Part shown: positions 1 through 11,220 of the stretch, one piece after another | Layout of the letters: each line of letters opens with the position of its first letter | How positions within the stretch are numbered: position 1 is the stretch's first letter | NCBI GenBank assembly: GCA_002633005.1 | Contig: NMRA01000636.1 | Span: 155,170-219,169, forward strand | Reading direction: 5' to 3' | Length of the DNA stretch: 64,000 bases | Origin: Phoronis australis | Lineage: Eukaryota > Animalia > Phoronida | Made by a program: the position numbers and the translations under genes | Notes under the pieces: generated by a model | The model's database searches: none | What the model was told of the DNA's origin: nothing | What the model saw: the letters and a program-made list of their open reading frames with translations, nothing else

Positions 1-363
1 AAAATTTACACGATTTTGACTTTACTAAATTGTCAATGCCCATGAATACCCCTGATTTTTCAGTTTCTCAATACCCTCTACACTTAAGGGACAGGTACAA
101 GAGTAAAAATTTTACAACACACAAATTTTGTTTATTGTCAGAAGAATAAGAAACTTAAAAGAAAACCCGATTACTTAGGAGATGAGAAACCGACTATAAT
201 CTCAGTGTTTTAGACAATGAGGGCAGCTCACAAGCAAGACATTTATGAGAAAACATTAGGATACGGAAATGACTGCAAAAGAGTGGTTTGCAGGTTAGAT
301 AGACACTTTCAGTTGCCCAAGACAATAGCGACTTGGGAAAATATCCATTTACACATTTTTCCT

Positions 364-834
364 CAGGGCTCGACATTAGCTTTTATTTTAACTTGTCCAG
401 TAAGACAAGTAGAAATGAAATTGACTTGTCCTGACCTATAAGTGGTATTTGCATTTGGATTTCACTAGTGAACACGCACTTGCCTTCAAAGCGCTCGGAA
501 CTACGCTGGGACCTAGCTAAAATCAAAACTATGCCACATTACGTGAGATACTGCCGTGTATTTAAATGAAAACACGTCACTTTGGCTACAACTATTTGAA
601 TGCAAGTGCCTGGGATCGCGTCCAGTCATGAGCTCTTGCACTGCATAATCTAAACACCTTGCCGATTTGTGCCGCATATTATCGACATTGATCGCTAAAC
701 AACTGAGTTATCACTGCTACAAAGAAGTTCTGATCGTTCAGATTTACTATAGTTTCCAGAAATTCATTAACTTGTTCTGTCGGACAAGCTGCTCGGCCAT
801 GAGTTTGTCCGGACCCACGAATTGATGAGCCCTA
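364..834. mobile_element. Degenerate hAT-like MITE (CAGGGCTCGACA... terminus)
   Basis: Left end CAGGGCTCGACATTAG at 364; imperfect right end TTGATGAGCCCTA at about 822-834; internal ACTTGTCC/GGACAAG subterminal motifs; flanks TTCCT/TTCAT. Confidence 0.4.
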
Positions 835-1381
835 TTCATGTACTAAATTATCACTCAGTTATTGATAATGAATGCATGAACTACTATTGATAATGAACGC
901 ATGAAGTCCTACTGTCAAACAAAACCGGACTCGCATATTCAAACAGCTGCACGATGGAGTAGGGAAAAAATAGCTGGTGGAAAATTTTTAACTCCTCAAT
1001 TTGCAGTGATAATTTCCACAAATTTTGCTTTATCGAAGACTAAACCAGGAGTATCGTAGAATCATACTCACAAGCATCGCGTCTTACGCGATGAACCACT
1101 TACGAACATATGAATCATACATACGAACCCATAAATCAAGTAGGTAAAAACTTGACTTTTCTCATTCAAAAACACAAGTAAATTAGTTTCCTGGCATCTG
1201 TTTTCAACATTATTCCTCGAACGAGCCAAACCTGACATACGCCCTGTATGTGAATTGTAGGCACTAGAAAATGCCCCGTGGCCGCTGCTCGACTGTTCAG
1301 TGCTACCTACAATCTTGAGCGACCCTACGCGATGACTGTGATGATGGTGGCGATTGTGAGCAACACTATAACACACAAGTG

Positions 1382-2240
1382 ACTAGAGAAGATGTGAGAA
1401 ATCAGTAAATAGGCTACAGTCTTGAGCAACACTTGGCGAACAGCAAAATCAGTCAACAAAGGAACAGCGTTTTCAGAAAATCTCGAATAATTCAAAAAGT
1501 AGACGTCCTAGCGACAAATTGAAAATATCTTCTGAAAGTCCGTTCAAAACTTTATCTAACCTGGCAGTTTTGCAAAATTCCGTAAACTTTTAGAAATTTT
1601 GCGGTTTTTTTTGGGAAATTCAAAGTCAAATAACTCAAAAACGGTAAGTCTGAGAAAAGCGTTATCGCAGAACGTTTGAAAGAGCATACTTCAAGGAATC
1701 CACATGCAAAAATTCACGTCATTTGCTCTTCCCATTAAAATGCGACCGCAGAACGATCGAAAATGGGTGAAAATGCGCCACAGCCGCCATCTTAAAAGCA
1801 CAAACACGTGACGAGATTGAAAATGATTGGTTCGCCAATGCACCCTCTAGAGGAGAAAACGTTCTCGGCCAGATATCGAGGTGCGCATGCCCTATTGCCG
1901 ATGTTCCGCCATCTTTGACTGGAACTTACCGCGCAGTAGTGCCACTTTTGTGCTTTAAAAATCGTACTAATTTTCAGCCTTGTACGTCAAAAAATGCAGC
2001 CTCTACGAGCATTTGAATCTGAAACCGGAAACAAAATGGCCGCTATGTCTGCCATTTTGAATCTGATCGTGACCGAACACAATAGGCTTCTAGGACTTTC
2101 TGATCTACACGTCGTGTGCAAATTGCGTGCGGGTCGGACGAAAATTGCAACCTGTAGAGAGGGAACAAAAAAAACTTGACCAACATTCTGGGAATTCCGC
2201 CAAGTACAGACGGCAGACCAAAATACTTGTCGGAAAGATT
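1382..2240 (-). mobile_element. Helentron-type non-autonomous element (HINE family A), truncated at the right end
   Basis: Colinear similarity to 45323-46573 (AAAATCTCGAA..TTCAAAAAGTAGACG, CAGCCGCCATCTT, ACGAAAATTGC.ACCTGTAGAG). Sub-terminal ACTTGGCGAA at 1431 and CCGCCAAGTA near 2197-2206. The last hairpin is cut where the USP sequence starts. Confidence 0.6.
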
Positions 2241-2241
2241 T

Positions 2242-3057
2242 GGTCTTCGTAATGTTGTGTTTTGTGAACTCTACACTTCAAGCTATCTTTTCATGTAACC
2301 TCAACTGGCACAAACACAATATCAACAAGAAAAACAATATGAAAACCATCCTTGTGAAGACATATGAAGCAGCCAAAAGGTATACATCAACTCCGTCTGA
2401 AATTTTGAATACACTAAGATTACAGAACAACTCTCTTGGCAACGGAAGTCAACAGGATGCTCATGAGTTTTTACTATGGTTACTGAAACAATGGCACATA
2501 GACACACTTGCTTACAATGCTGATAATGTATCGTCTGAGGTTACCAGTACCTTCCAAGTTCCAACAGGTAAAGAAGCAAACTGTGAGTTGTAATAACTGC
2601 TCTACATCAAAGGAAAAAATACAGATAGACAGGGAGTTGACCGTCTACCCCCCAGCACTGAGGAAAGAAATATGCAGGAGTTGTGGCACAGCTCATGGAC
2701 ATCGATGGACATCTAAGACTTTAGTTGCCCACACTGTAATAGTCTCAGTGGCTAGCTAACTTGGTCATTATCAAAACTGCCAAAATACCTTTGTATTCAC
2801 ATCTTACGAACCACCACTAATGGTAAAAAAATCAGCACGCAGATTTCGTCGTATGACCTCTCTGGCTATAAAATAATAGCAGTCATTGAACACCATGGAA
2901 GAAACACGACATGTGGTCATTACACATGCTGTGTTAAATCGTCATCGTGGGAATGGATAAATTTTGACGACTCTAGTCACAAGTAAATCCAAGCCTCCCC
3001 TGGATATTGCAATATATGAATTATCTTCTGAAATCCAACAAAGGAAATTAACGTAAA
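2242..3057 (+). pseudogene. Intronless ubiquitin-specific protease (USP/UCH, peptidase C19) domain, frameshifted
   Basis: All USP boxes in order: Cys box GLRNV(G)/CFVNSTLQAI (2242-2287; about 8 nt missing relative to the GLxNxGNTCF consensus), QQDAHEFL, CNNC..CRSC zinc fingers, LPKYLCIHILR, His box YKIIAVIEHHGRNTTCGHYTCCVK, WINFDDS. TAA at 2984-2986. Several frameshifts, no introns apparent. Confidence 0.9.
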
Positions 3058-3371
3058 AAATATGGGGCACTTTCAACATAGACGTCGCACATCACATCTG
3101 ATGCAAACACAAGTAAACATATTTTTGAAATTCATCTTGGTACGTGAATTGGGGATAGGCCTATAAAAGATCTTAAACCCAGCCGCAGAGCGTCTAAAGC
3201 CGTGCGCCGTACCAGTGTCTACTGGCAATTCATCGCAGACACAACTGTAACATTCTTCGCTATAGAGATAATAACTCTTGGGCTGTCTCTAGTCACTCCA
3301 TTCATTCTTGAATGTTGTTCATGTAAATTTTGAGTTTGTATGCATTATTCATGGGTCCGTGTGCAAGATTC

Positions 3372-3396
3372 ATACGTGGTTCGACGAACCACGTAT
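3372..3396. repeat. Perfect 25-bp palindrome flanked by 14-bp direct repeats
   Basis: ATACGTGGTTCG-A-CGAACCACGTAT between CGTGTGCAAGATTC (3358-3371) and CGTGTGAAAGATGC (3397-3410), 12/14 identical. Confidence 0.75.
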
Positions 3397-3870
3397 CGTG
3401 TGAAAGATGCAATACTCAAGCGTATGATACTATGGTACCGCTGTTAACATAGCCCTCATGTTAGACTCTCGAAAATGTAAGATTAAAACAACTAAACTGT
3501 ACTACTATAAAAGAAATGAAGAGGAATACATTAACTAATTTTTAATCCCTAGTTCAGCCGCCCCTCACATTTCATTCAGTCGAACACCTACACAACAATA
3601 TCCACAGTCAAAACAGTTGTGACTGTTTTAGGTGACAAGAAGAGTTTTTGTCAAATTATTGTCTAGTATATCTCAACCTTATTCCCGAAAATTGAAAGTT
3701 TTTACAATGTTTCACTTATGTTTAACAAATCCCTTATCTTCATTTTCAGGGAGCTTCAAATAAGAAATATATTAATATACTGTGTAGCAAGAAACAAAAG
3801 ATTTAGCAGAACCACCTTGGGAAACGAACAACTGCATGCAAATTTGTTAACTACTCATCCGAGTTTACAG

Positions 3871-6570
3871 GGGCTGTCATTCAAATAGAATCTCCCGCCA
3901 CGCATAAAACAGTTCTGTATGTACCCTCAGTTTTTTCATTCACCATAATATTGAGACAATGAGGGGTTCATAGGATAGAAAGATGACAGGGAAAACAAAG
4001 ACAAAAAGCAGTTTTGATCCTGAGGGAGTTGTTCGTCATGCATATGATTGTTGAGAATATAAATCGGTAAATAAAACAAGAATGGATCAACTGAACTTTG
4101 AAATTTTTGGATGTAGTAACTTCCTTTGTCAACAAAAACAGGAGTCCAAGTCGCTTCAGGCCTCTGTGACTTGTTCACGAACCCAGCAAGATGCCAAAAG
4201 GGTAAATCCTCACCCAAATTCATTAATTTGATTGGTGGCTTGACATTTCACTATTTCCATCTCATGCACACGACATGTTTTAACCACCAACGCCATTTCT
4301 TTTGTCCATTTCGCACTTTGTAAATTGTTTCATATCTGTACCCTGGCAGGCGGTGTGTACAACAATGAAATGTTGATCTACTTTCAAATTCAGTTGACAT
4401 TGTGAGAGAATGTACAAATATCGAACATGGTTAAGGCATGTATAAGTTATATTGACCAAACACAAGTTTTTACCGAAAAATTAAGCAGTATCCGTCAAAT
4501 TTTGAAGACCTGCGACATATTCCACTTCTTCTCAGCTTTGGCAAATCGATTTAATTTCAACTTACAAACACGAGTTCTCGAAAATGGTATAGCAAATTTT
4601 ACTGAAACGCTATTAAAATTTTCATATTAAACACCTAGTTTTTGCGTACCATAAGAGAGACGAATACGACTGCTACTGCTATTTTTACAACAAGAGGAAT
4701 GCGAAGCGTTGAAATGCGCCCTCAAAAGCATCGCAAATTGCTGTCAGAACTTCAGAGAAACAAAGGAAAACAGTACAAAACGAAATTGCCACTTGTAGGC
4801 ACAACGTCCGTTCAATCCGCCTGACAGTCATTGTCTGTTATCTTCACATAAATTCACTTACTAAATTTAATAAAGATCCTCCAGTGGATTTTGGAGATAC
4901 AGTTATGGGAGAAAAAACAAAACAAAACTACCACTAGGAGGTGCCACAGTAGTCAGTCGCCATCATCAAACGTCCTCTTCACACTGAAAACATATAGACC
5001 AATTTTTAAAACCATTCCCAGAATGATTTGGTTGATCGAGGGGTGGACGCCAAAAACAAGATTTGAAAACAGCAAAAATGGCCACCAGATGGCAAAAAAT
5101 ACCTCAATTCCATCACAAAACAGGATGATATCGTAGATGCCTATATTCAAACTTTTATAAAAATCTGTTGAGGACCTTTGAAGATACATACTGGTAAACA
5201 TAAAAAAATAAACTTGCCACTAGGGGGCACACCAAGTCAGATCGGTCCGAAAGTCGTCGTTGTCTGTTGTCAACATCATATAAATACACTTGCTAAATTA
5301 AGTAAAGATCCTGCAAACATTTTAGGAGATACAGCGATAAGCGCAAAAAACAAAATTGCGACTAGGAGGCGCCACAGTAGTCAAACTCGTCGGAAAATCA
5401 TGGTCAGCCATCAACTTCATAGTAAAACCATATATGCCAATTTTCACAATTATCCTGAAAGCACTTTCGTTGATAGACGAGTGGACGGCAAAAAACATAC
5501 TTGAAAACAGTAAAAGTGGCCACTAGGTTGCGCAAACTAGGTAAAATCCATCTGAAAATGGAAAGATAGTGTCACCTCATTAACAGATGCCTGTATGCCA
5601 AATTTTATGAAAATACGTGTAGGACCTTTGAACATAGAGGTAAACGTAAAAACATGAAATTGCCACTAGGTGGCACACTAGTAGTCAGATCCGTCCGAAA
5701 GTCGTTGTCGTCTGTTGTCAACATTATATAAATACACTTATTAAATTTAGTAAAGATCCTTCTAAAGATACAGCTATGGGCGCAAAAAAAACTGCCACTA
5801 GGAGGCGCCACAGTAGTCTAAGTCATCAGAAAATCATCGTCAGACGCCAACTTCATAGTAACAACATACATGCCAATTTTCACTATCATCCTTTGAGTGG
5901 TTTGGTTGATAGAGGGGTGGACGCAAAAAAACACACTCGAAGACAGTAACAATGGCCACTAGGTGGCGCAAACTATGTTGAATCCATCCGGAAACGGGAG
6001 GACAGCTTCATCTCACTAATAGGTGCCACTATACCAAATTTAATGAAAATCCGTTCAGGACTTTTGAAGATACAGAGGTAAACATAAAAAATTAAAATTG
6101 CCACTAGGGGGCACACCGGTAGTCGGATCCGTCCCAAAATTCGCTCATGCCGTCCCATTAACGGAAGGAACACATGTGCAAAATTTCATGAAGATATGTC
6201 GATGTGTTTTAGAGGTACAGCAGCAGACGCCGGACAGACGGAGATGACGGCATAATGCGTCCACCTATAAATAATTATGTGGGCGCATAAAATACCTTAC
6301 ATTTCATGAGTTAATTTGGCATAGAAACAAAACTGAATGGGTGATCAAAAATTTCTAACAGCGTTTTTGAGGTAACTAGAGGAAGTTTTCATTTAAAAAG
6401 GGTTCATTAAAATCTACCACGGGGTTATTATACTAGAGATGTACCTTTATTAAAAATGAAATTTTGACTTAAAAAAGTGTTAACGTAATAATAAAGGCAT
6501 ATCAATATAAAACTTATTTTTATATCTCATCTTTTTTCTTTCCGAAAAATATGTACATTTATTAGTTGAC
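3871..6570. repeat. Unclassified interspersed repeat family X, split by a HINE insertion
   Basis: Segments 3871-4690 and 6290-6570 match copies at about 21640-22000, 23830-24260 and (reverse) 27190-27590 plus 29300-29940. Shared motifs include TTTGATCCTGAGGGAGTTG, ACACGAGTTCTCGAAAA and AATTTTGACTTAAAAA. Confidence 0.6.
4691..6288 (-). mobile_element. HINE family B with internal array of ~145-bp units
   Basis: Ends (A)ACAAGAG and ...GGACAGACGG...ATGCGTCCACC..GTGGGCGCATAAAA hairpin. Inserted in an A-run without TSD (empty site TTACAAAAATACC at about 24010 in another family X copy). About 10 units each with CCACTAGRKGGC. Confidence 0.75.
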
Positions 6571-6891
6571 ATAGCCTGTTTACTCACACCCCCATGCACT
6601 GGTACAGGATGCACCCAAAACTGCAATGTAAGAAATTTCCTTGTTGCTACTAAATTTTCTTCTAAAGTTCATGTGAAAAGTTAACTGTTTTGGACATAAA
6701 TTATAAAACTGCTTTCACAAAGAATAAATCCAAATACCATAGATCTTTTTATGCATCTAGTATAAAGTTATCAAAAGTCTGATAATCCATGTCCTTTTAT
6801 CACTACAAAAACATTTAACATATCTATACTTTTGGAAAGGCCAGTAATTATCATCCAGACATCAGTTAGGTGCTGAGTGGATGGTATTGTT

Positions 6892-6968
6892 CAGCCAGCC
6901 AGCCAGCCAGGCAGGCAGGCAGGCAGGCAGGCAGACAGGCAGACAGACAGACAGACAGCCAGACCAGC
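6892..6968. repeat. Compound tetranucleotide microsatellite (CAGC)n(CAGG)n(CAGA)n
   Basis: Directly visible. Confidence 0.9.
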
Positions 6969-7505
6969 TGGTAGGAGAATGTAATAACCAACAATTATAG
7001 CACTTTCACCAGCAGTAGGAAAAACACCAATAATGTAAATAGTTACAAGCTTGCTCGATATTTTAGTTATCCTAAAACTGCTGGGTTTTTTGCCAGCACT
7101 TTTGTAGCTAGTTCGTTTACTTCAAATGCCTCACGTGTGAAGATGCCTTCATTTAATATGGCACTTATCAATTTTTGGCGGAGAGTGTATGGTGTTTTGA
7201 CACCAATTTTCACTTCACAATGATTTGAATGGTCACGAACGATAACTGTTGGCAAAAATGTCCCCCTTGTCTGTGTGGCTAAAGCAACTTTTGCTAGCTT
7301 AGGACAACAGTTAAACTTGATTGTAAAGGGTGAGGCACAAGTTATCTGAAACTTGGCAAACCCAATGAAGTTAGTCTGGATATTGCAATTACAATTAAGA
7401 AAACTAAAATCACAACTAGGGGACAATGCAGCAGTCAGATCCATCCAACAATTGACATGTCATGACATGTCATGCACACCTTACAGTGCTCGACGCTTAA
7501 CTTAA

Positions 7506-9335
7506 AGGCAAAGGCAACCTTTTTTCATGTCAGTTTTAGCAAAAATAAGGTTCGTTGATTATCCCAGACACATTTTTTACTTAATTACAGCTTTTAGTAA
7601 TTTGATTAATTTCTCGTCCTCTACTCAGGAAGTGACATTTTGGGAGACAGACTTTTTCTGCCAATTTCTTTTCATTATACAGGGCTTGGAATGACCAATG
7701 ACAAAAAACGCGGAAACCTTTACGGCCCAAAACGTGCGCGCAACCCAGCCTTGAAATAGTCGATGTGAACCTTTCGCCGACAAAAATCGGTACAACTAAA
7801 AAAAAGAAAACGTTACCACCATCAGTAGCATGTGTCTGCGTCTTTTTATCTCGTCCATCCACTCCTCCACTCCCAACCCACACATTTTTGGCTGCAGAGC
7901 CGTAGTATTTGTCACCGCGGTTTACAATCACACGAGACGCCATTGAAAATCCCACCACGCTATCCCAGATGCCCCGGCAATGTTGACAATTTACGTTCCT
8001 CTGAAACATAAAGAGCAACTTCCGCTTTTCGAGGTGAACGTCGTCAGCAACGCCGCGGTAAGAAAGCAATTTGCCGCGGAAATTTTACATCAAATCCAAT
8101 TTTTTTATGCGGAAATATAATAAAATGCGCGGACAGAACATTTGAAAAAAGCATAAATCCGCGTTTCCGTGGAAAATTCCAAGCCCTGATTATAGTCTGA
8201 CTGTGAGAGCTGTCGAGTCAGTCATTGTTCTACCTCGGTTGTGATAAGTTTGGCCGTCGTTTGCTTTTGTTAACAAGTCAGTCAACATGCCACGCTGTTG
8301 CTGCGTGCCATGATGTACTCATTATCGTCTCACACGTGCTTTGGGTACCTTGCATCGCTTTCCGAAGGATGACACACTTCGCCGTACTTGGCTAGCTTGT
8401 TCATGTGAAGAATGCAGCGCTACTTGTCCAAGCAACGTACAAAGCAGTGGAGGGTTATCAAGTGTGTGGCAAGCATTTTCTGCCGTCAGATTACAACAGA
8501 GATATGTACGCTGAATTGATGAAGGTCGCTGTGAAACAACACCTGAAGAAGGGTACCACGTTGTTGTTGATTCCCGGCAGAGCCCCGTCGCCATCCCCAA
8601 GAAGTGCGTTTTTGAAGCGAGAAGCCTCGCAAACTGTGGCCACTATATACAGTGACAAGTGGCACTTCATCTACTGTCACTCGTGCCTCCGAACATACCC
8701 CATAGCGTGCAATTTCGGGAACTAGCAGTGATTCGTCCTGTGCTGTTGTCTCTAGCCCAGAGGCTGCAAGCAGCCCTGCAGCGATGTTGAGTAGTGGGAG
8801 TGAGGCCCAGTTCAACACCCAGTAAAGAGGACAGTTCGTCATCCAATGAAAAGATCGGTGAGCCAAAGACTCATAAGTTTATTGTGGACTTGTATTGGAG
8901 ATATTTAGAAGGTGCCAGGTGTGTGGCGAGGGAGTCATACGGTGGGATGTAAGCAGCTTGGGTGCTCCGATCACCCTCCAGTGGGAGTGTGTCGTGGGAC
9001 ACTCGGGCAAGTGGGACAGTTCTTCCTCTGCACGTGAGACGATAATGAGTACGCAGCAACAGCGTGGCATGTTGACTGACTCATAAGCAAAAGCAAACGA
9101 CGACCGAAGTTATCACAACCAAGATAGAACAATGACTGACTCGACTGCTCTCACAGTCAGACTATATGAAAAGAAATTGGCGCGAAATTCTTGCCTCCCA
9201 AAACATCACTTCCGGAGTAGATGACGAGCAATTAATTAAACTACGAAAAGCTGTAAATAAGTGAAAAATATGTCTGGGATAATCAACGAACCTTATTTTT
9301 GCTAAAAATGACATGAAAAAAGGTTGTCTTCGCCT
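7506..9335 (+). mobile_element. Non-autonomous Kolobok element, copy 1 (two left ends; THAP-transposase 5' fragment at about 8287-9030)
   Basis: TTAA TSD (7502-05, 9336-39); TIR AGGC(A/G)AAG(G/A)CAACCTTTTT. Degenerate THAP (MPRCCCVP..LHRFPKDDTLRRTW..VCGKHFLPSDY) and FIVD..FRRCQVC..ECVVGH..W motif. About 9031-9335 is an inverted copy of the left end. Confidence 0.85.
7680..8188. mobile_element. hAT-like MITE with 6-bp TSD, nested in Kolobok copy 1
   Basis: TIR CAGGGCTTGGAAT/ATTCCAAGCCCTG; TSD ATTATA; absent at the homologous site in Kolobok copies 2 and 3; second copy at 25289-25729. Confidence 0.85.
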
Positions 9336-10704
9336 TTAATGCCAATTTGACAAATGCGACTGAGCACAAATTCTAGGTCACCCAAAGAGAATTTAAGTTG
9401 CCAAAACTGAAGATCCCAAAATTGAGGTCGGAGGTCGCAACCCCAAAAACAACGTCGAACTGCTGTCGATAATTAAAAATTATACACATCTGTCCCATTT
9501 TTCCTGTAAATATACAGCATTCACTGGGAATTGCAGTATACACATCGCCAGGTCAGACAATCCAAGGCTGCCATCAACTGCCCAATCATTTAAAAAATGT
9601 TTACCCAAGTTTACAATTTATTCGGATATGTTTCTGACTTGAATATTGGTTTGCTCACCCTAACTCAATCTAACTGAATTCATCTTATCTACAGAGAACG
9701 CCGACCATGGGAAACACTGGAGGCGCATGTTTCATGGACCGACCCTGTCCGATTTTTACCGAACACTTCTAACTTCCCTGTTTACTTCCTGTAGTAATTT
9801 GAGCATGTGTTTGATATGTACTGATTGCTGAGGTTGGCAAATGCACCCATTTCCTGACAGACAGAACAATTGTGAACCAAGACAGTGAATCTGGGGAAAA
9901 TGTTGTTAATTTTAAGTCACCACAGATTATGAATCAAATTTTGGATGAATAATTGTCCCACTTTGATACTCACTGTGGGGACTTCGGAATTTTTCCCAGA
10001 TTACCAAGCACAACATGAGGTCATTGCAGGTTGCCAAATCGAGCATAGCCTTAATAAAAGCTCATTTGCCATGATTCTTCAGACGCACAGACACGAAAAT
10101 AAACTTAGTTCACTGACTCACAAGTCATAAGAAAAGTACAAACTCCATGACTATGTATTCTCTTAAGTAGAGGAGGCAGTACAGTCTAGTTATTTTAGAA
10201 GGTCTACTTCCTGCTAGACCCTTGAGTCATATCTGTAGCTCCTCAGCACAAAAATGGTTCCAGGTCATCATTGTAATGGGCCCACCTGAGCAACCTATGC
10301 ACGTCTGATAAAACGAGTATCAGACTTCCACCAAATATTTTTTTATTCCGTTGAAGTAGTCAATGAGCAAATTATGAATTGTGAGCACGCAAGATGTGTT
10401 GAACAAATTCAGGAACATTTATAGCAGTGTGCGAGCCTTGTTTATGAGTTGGCTAACTAAATTTATCGGGCCAATGTGCCACATTCACAAGTCCAGAACT
10501 ATACAAGAGTGCAGCAGTGGTGTTCATCAAGCAGCTTACGAATTTCATTACATCATGAATCAGTTCTATAATTTTCTTATTATTTTCTTTAAAGAAAAGT
10601 ACATGTGTATGAAAGTTCATTGGTCAACTTTCAAAAATGCAAAAGGTGACATTAAAGCGTGCTGATAATGGCCGTCTAAAACACTCTACCTTGTTATCAC
10701 ATAC

Positions 10705-10818
10705 CTCCACATATTTGTCCATTGTGGCATCAGTGGGCCGGTCCGTGATCAGAAACCTCATCTGCTTGAACTTGATCTCCGCCGGCGCCGGCCTCCGCGA
10801 CTTGATGCCACTCGACAT
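10705..10818 (-). CDS. PTP4A1: PRL (PTP4A) protein tyrosine phosphatase, first coding exon (exon probably 10873-10705)
   Basis: MSSGIKSRRPAPAEIKFKQMRFLITDRPTDATMDKYVE matches the PRL N-terminus (RPAP.EI...MRFLIT.RPT..T...Y.E). Followed by a phase-0 GTATGT donor at 10704, the position where I recall the vertebrate PTP4A1 intron lying. Acceptor TATACAG at 10874. The symbol denotes the family; paralogue not resolved. Confidence 0.9.
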
Positions 10819-11010
10819 CGTGGTGGTGACCTCTGGTGACGATTTGGTGACACGCATCGATTCCGTGATTGGCCTGTATACAAGGCACATGTAAGCGTAG
10901 CGAAGGCTAATCTCAATACAATTGTACAGCACTTAAAGAGTCCGTCGACGAGGGCTCTCCTCTCTTTGCAGTCGGTTTTCTACTAAAACGATACCCCAAC
11001 AAAGCTTTAC

Positions 11011-11220
11011 CCCATCTGTACATGGACCGAATTAACTGCGGCTACCTCACCCCATACAAAAGCGTAACAGCAACAATGTTGAGTTTGTGTTCCCCTATTA
11101 GATTGACCTGTTCGTGGAAACAAGTTCTCGTCTTTTTCTCTACTCGTCGTGTTGGCCTTGGCAGAAGTCTCCACTGTTGACAACAAACTCCATCCAGCTA
11201 TGGCCGAATTCACCGAAGAA
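11011..11220 (-). other. Probable upstream exon of the PRL gene (5' leader with uORFs, or N-terminal extension)
   Basis: Pyrimidine-rich acceptor TTTTATTATTGTCCTTGTTACAG ending at 11221; donor GG|GTAAAG at 11010; gives a 137-nt intron to the PRL coding exon. Contains an AUG uORF at 11193-11140 (MEFVVNSGDFCQGQHDE*). Confidence 0.6.

Noticed and set aside
7067-7444. 125-aa ORF, and most other 60-140-aa ORFs in the track
   Set aside because: No recognisable domains or splice context; consistent with chance ORFs or repeat translations.
1-10700. Downstream PRL exons (ELKK..VRVCE, HCVAGLGR, CAAX end) on the minus strand
   Set aside because: Not found by eye or in the ORF track. They probably lie left of the window, though short exons could have been missed.
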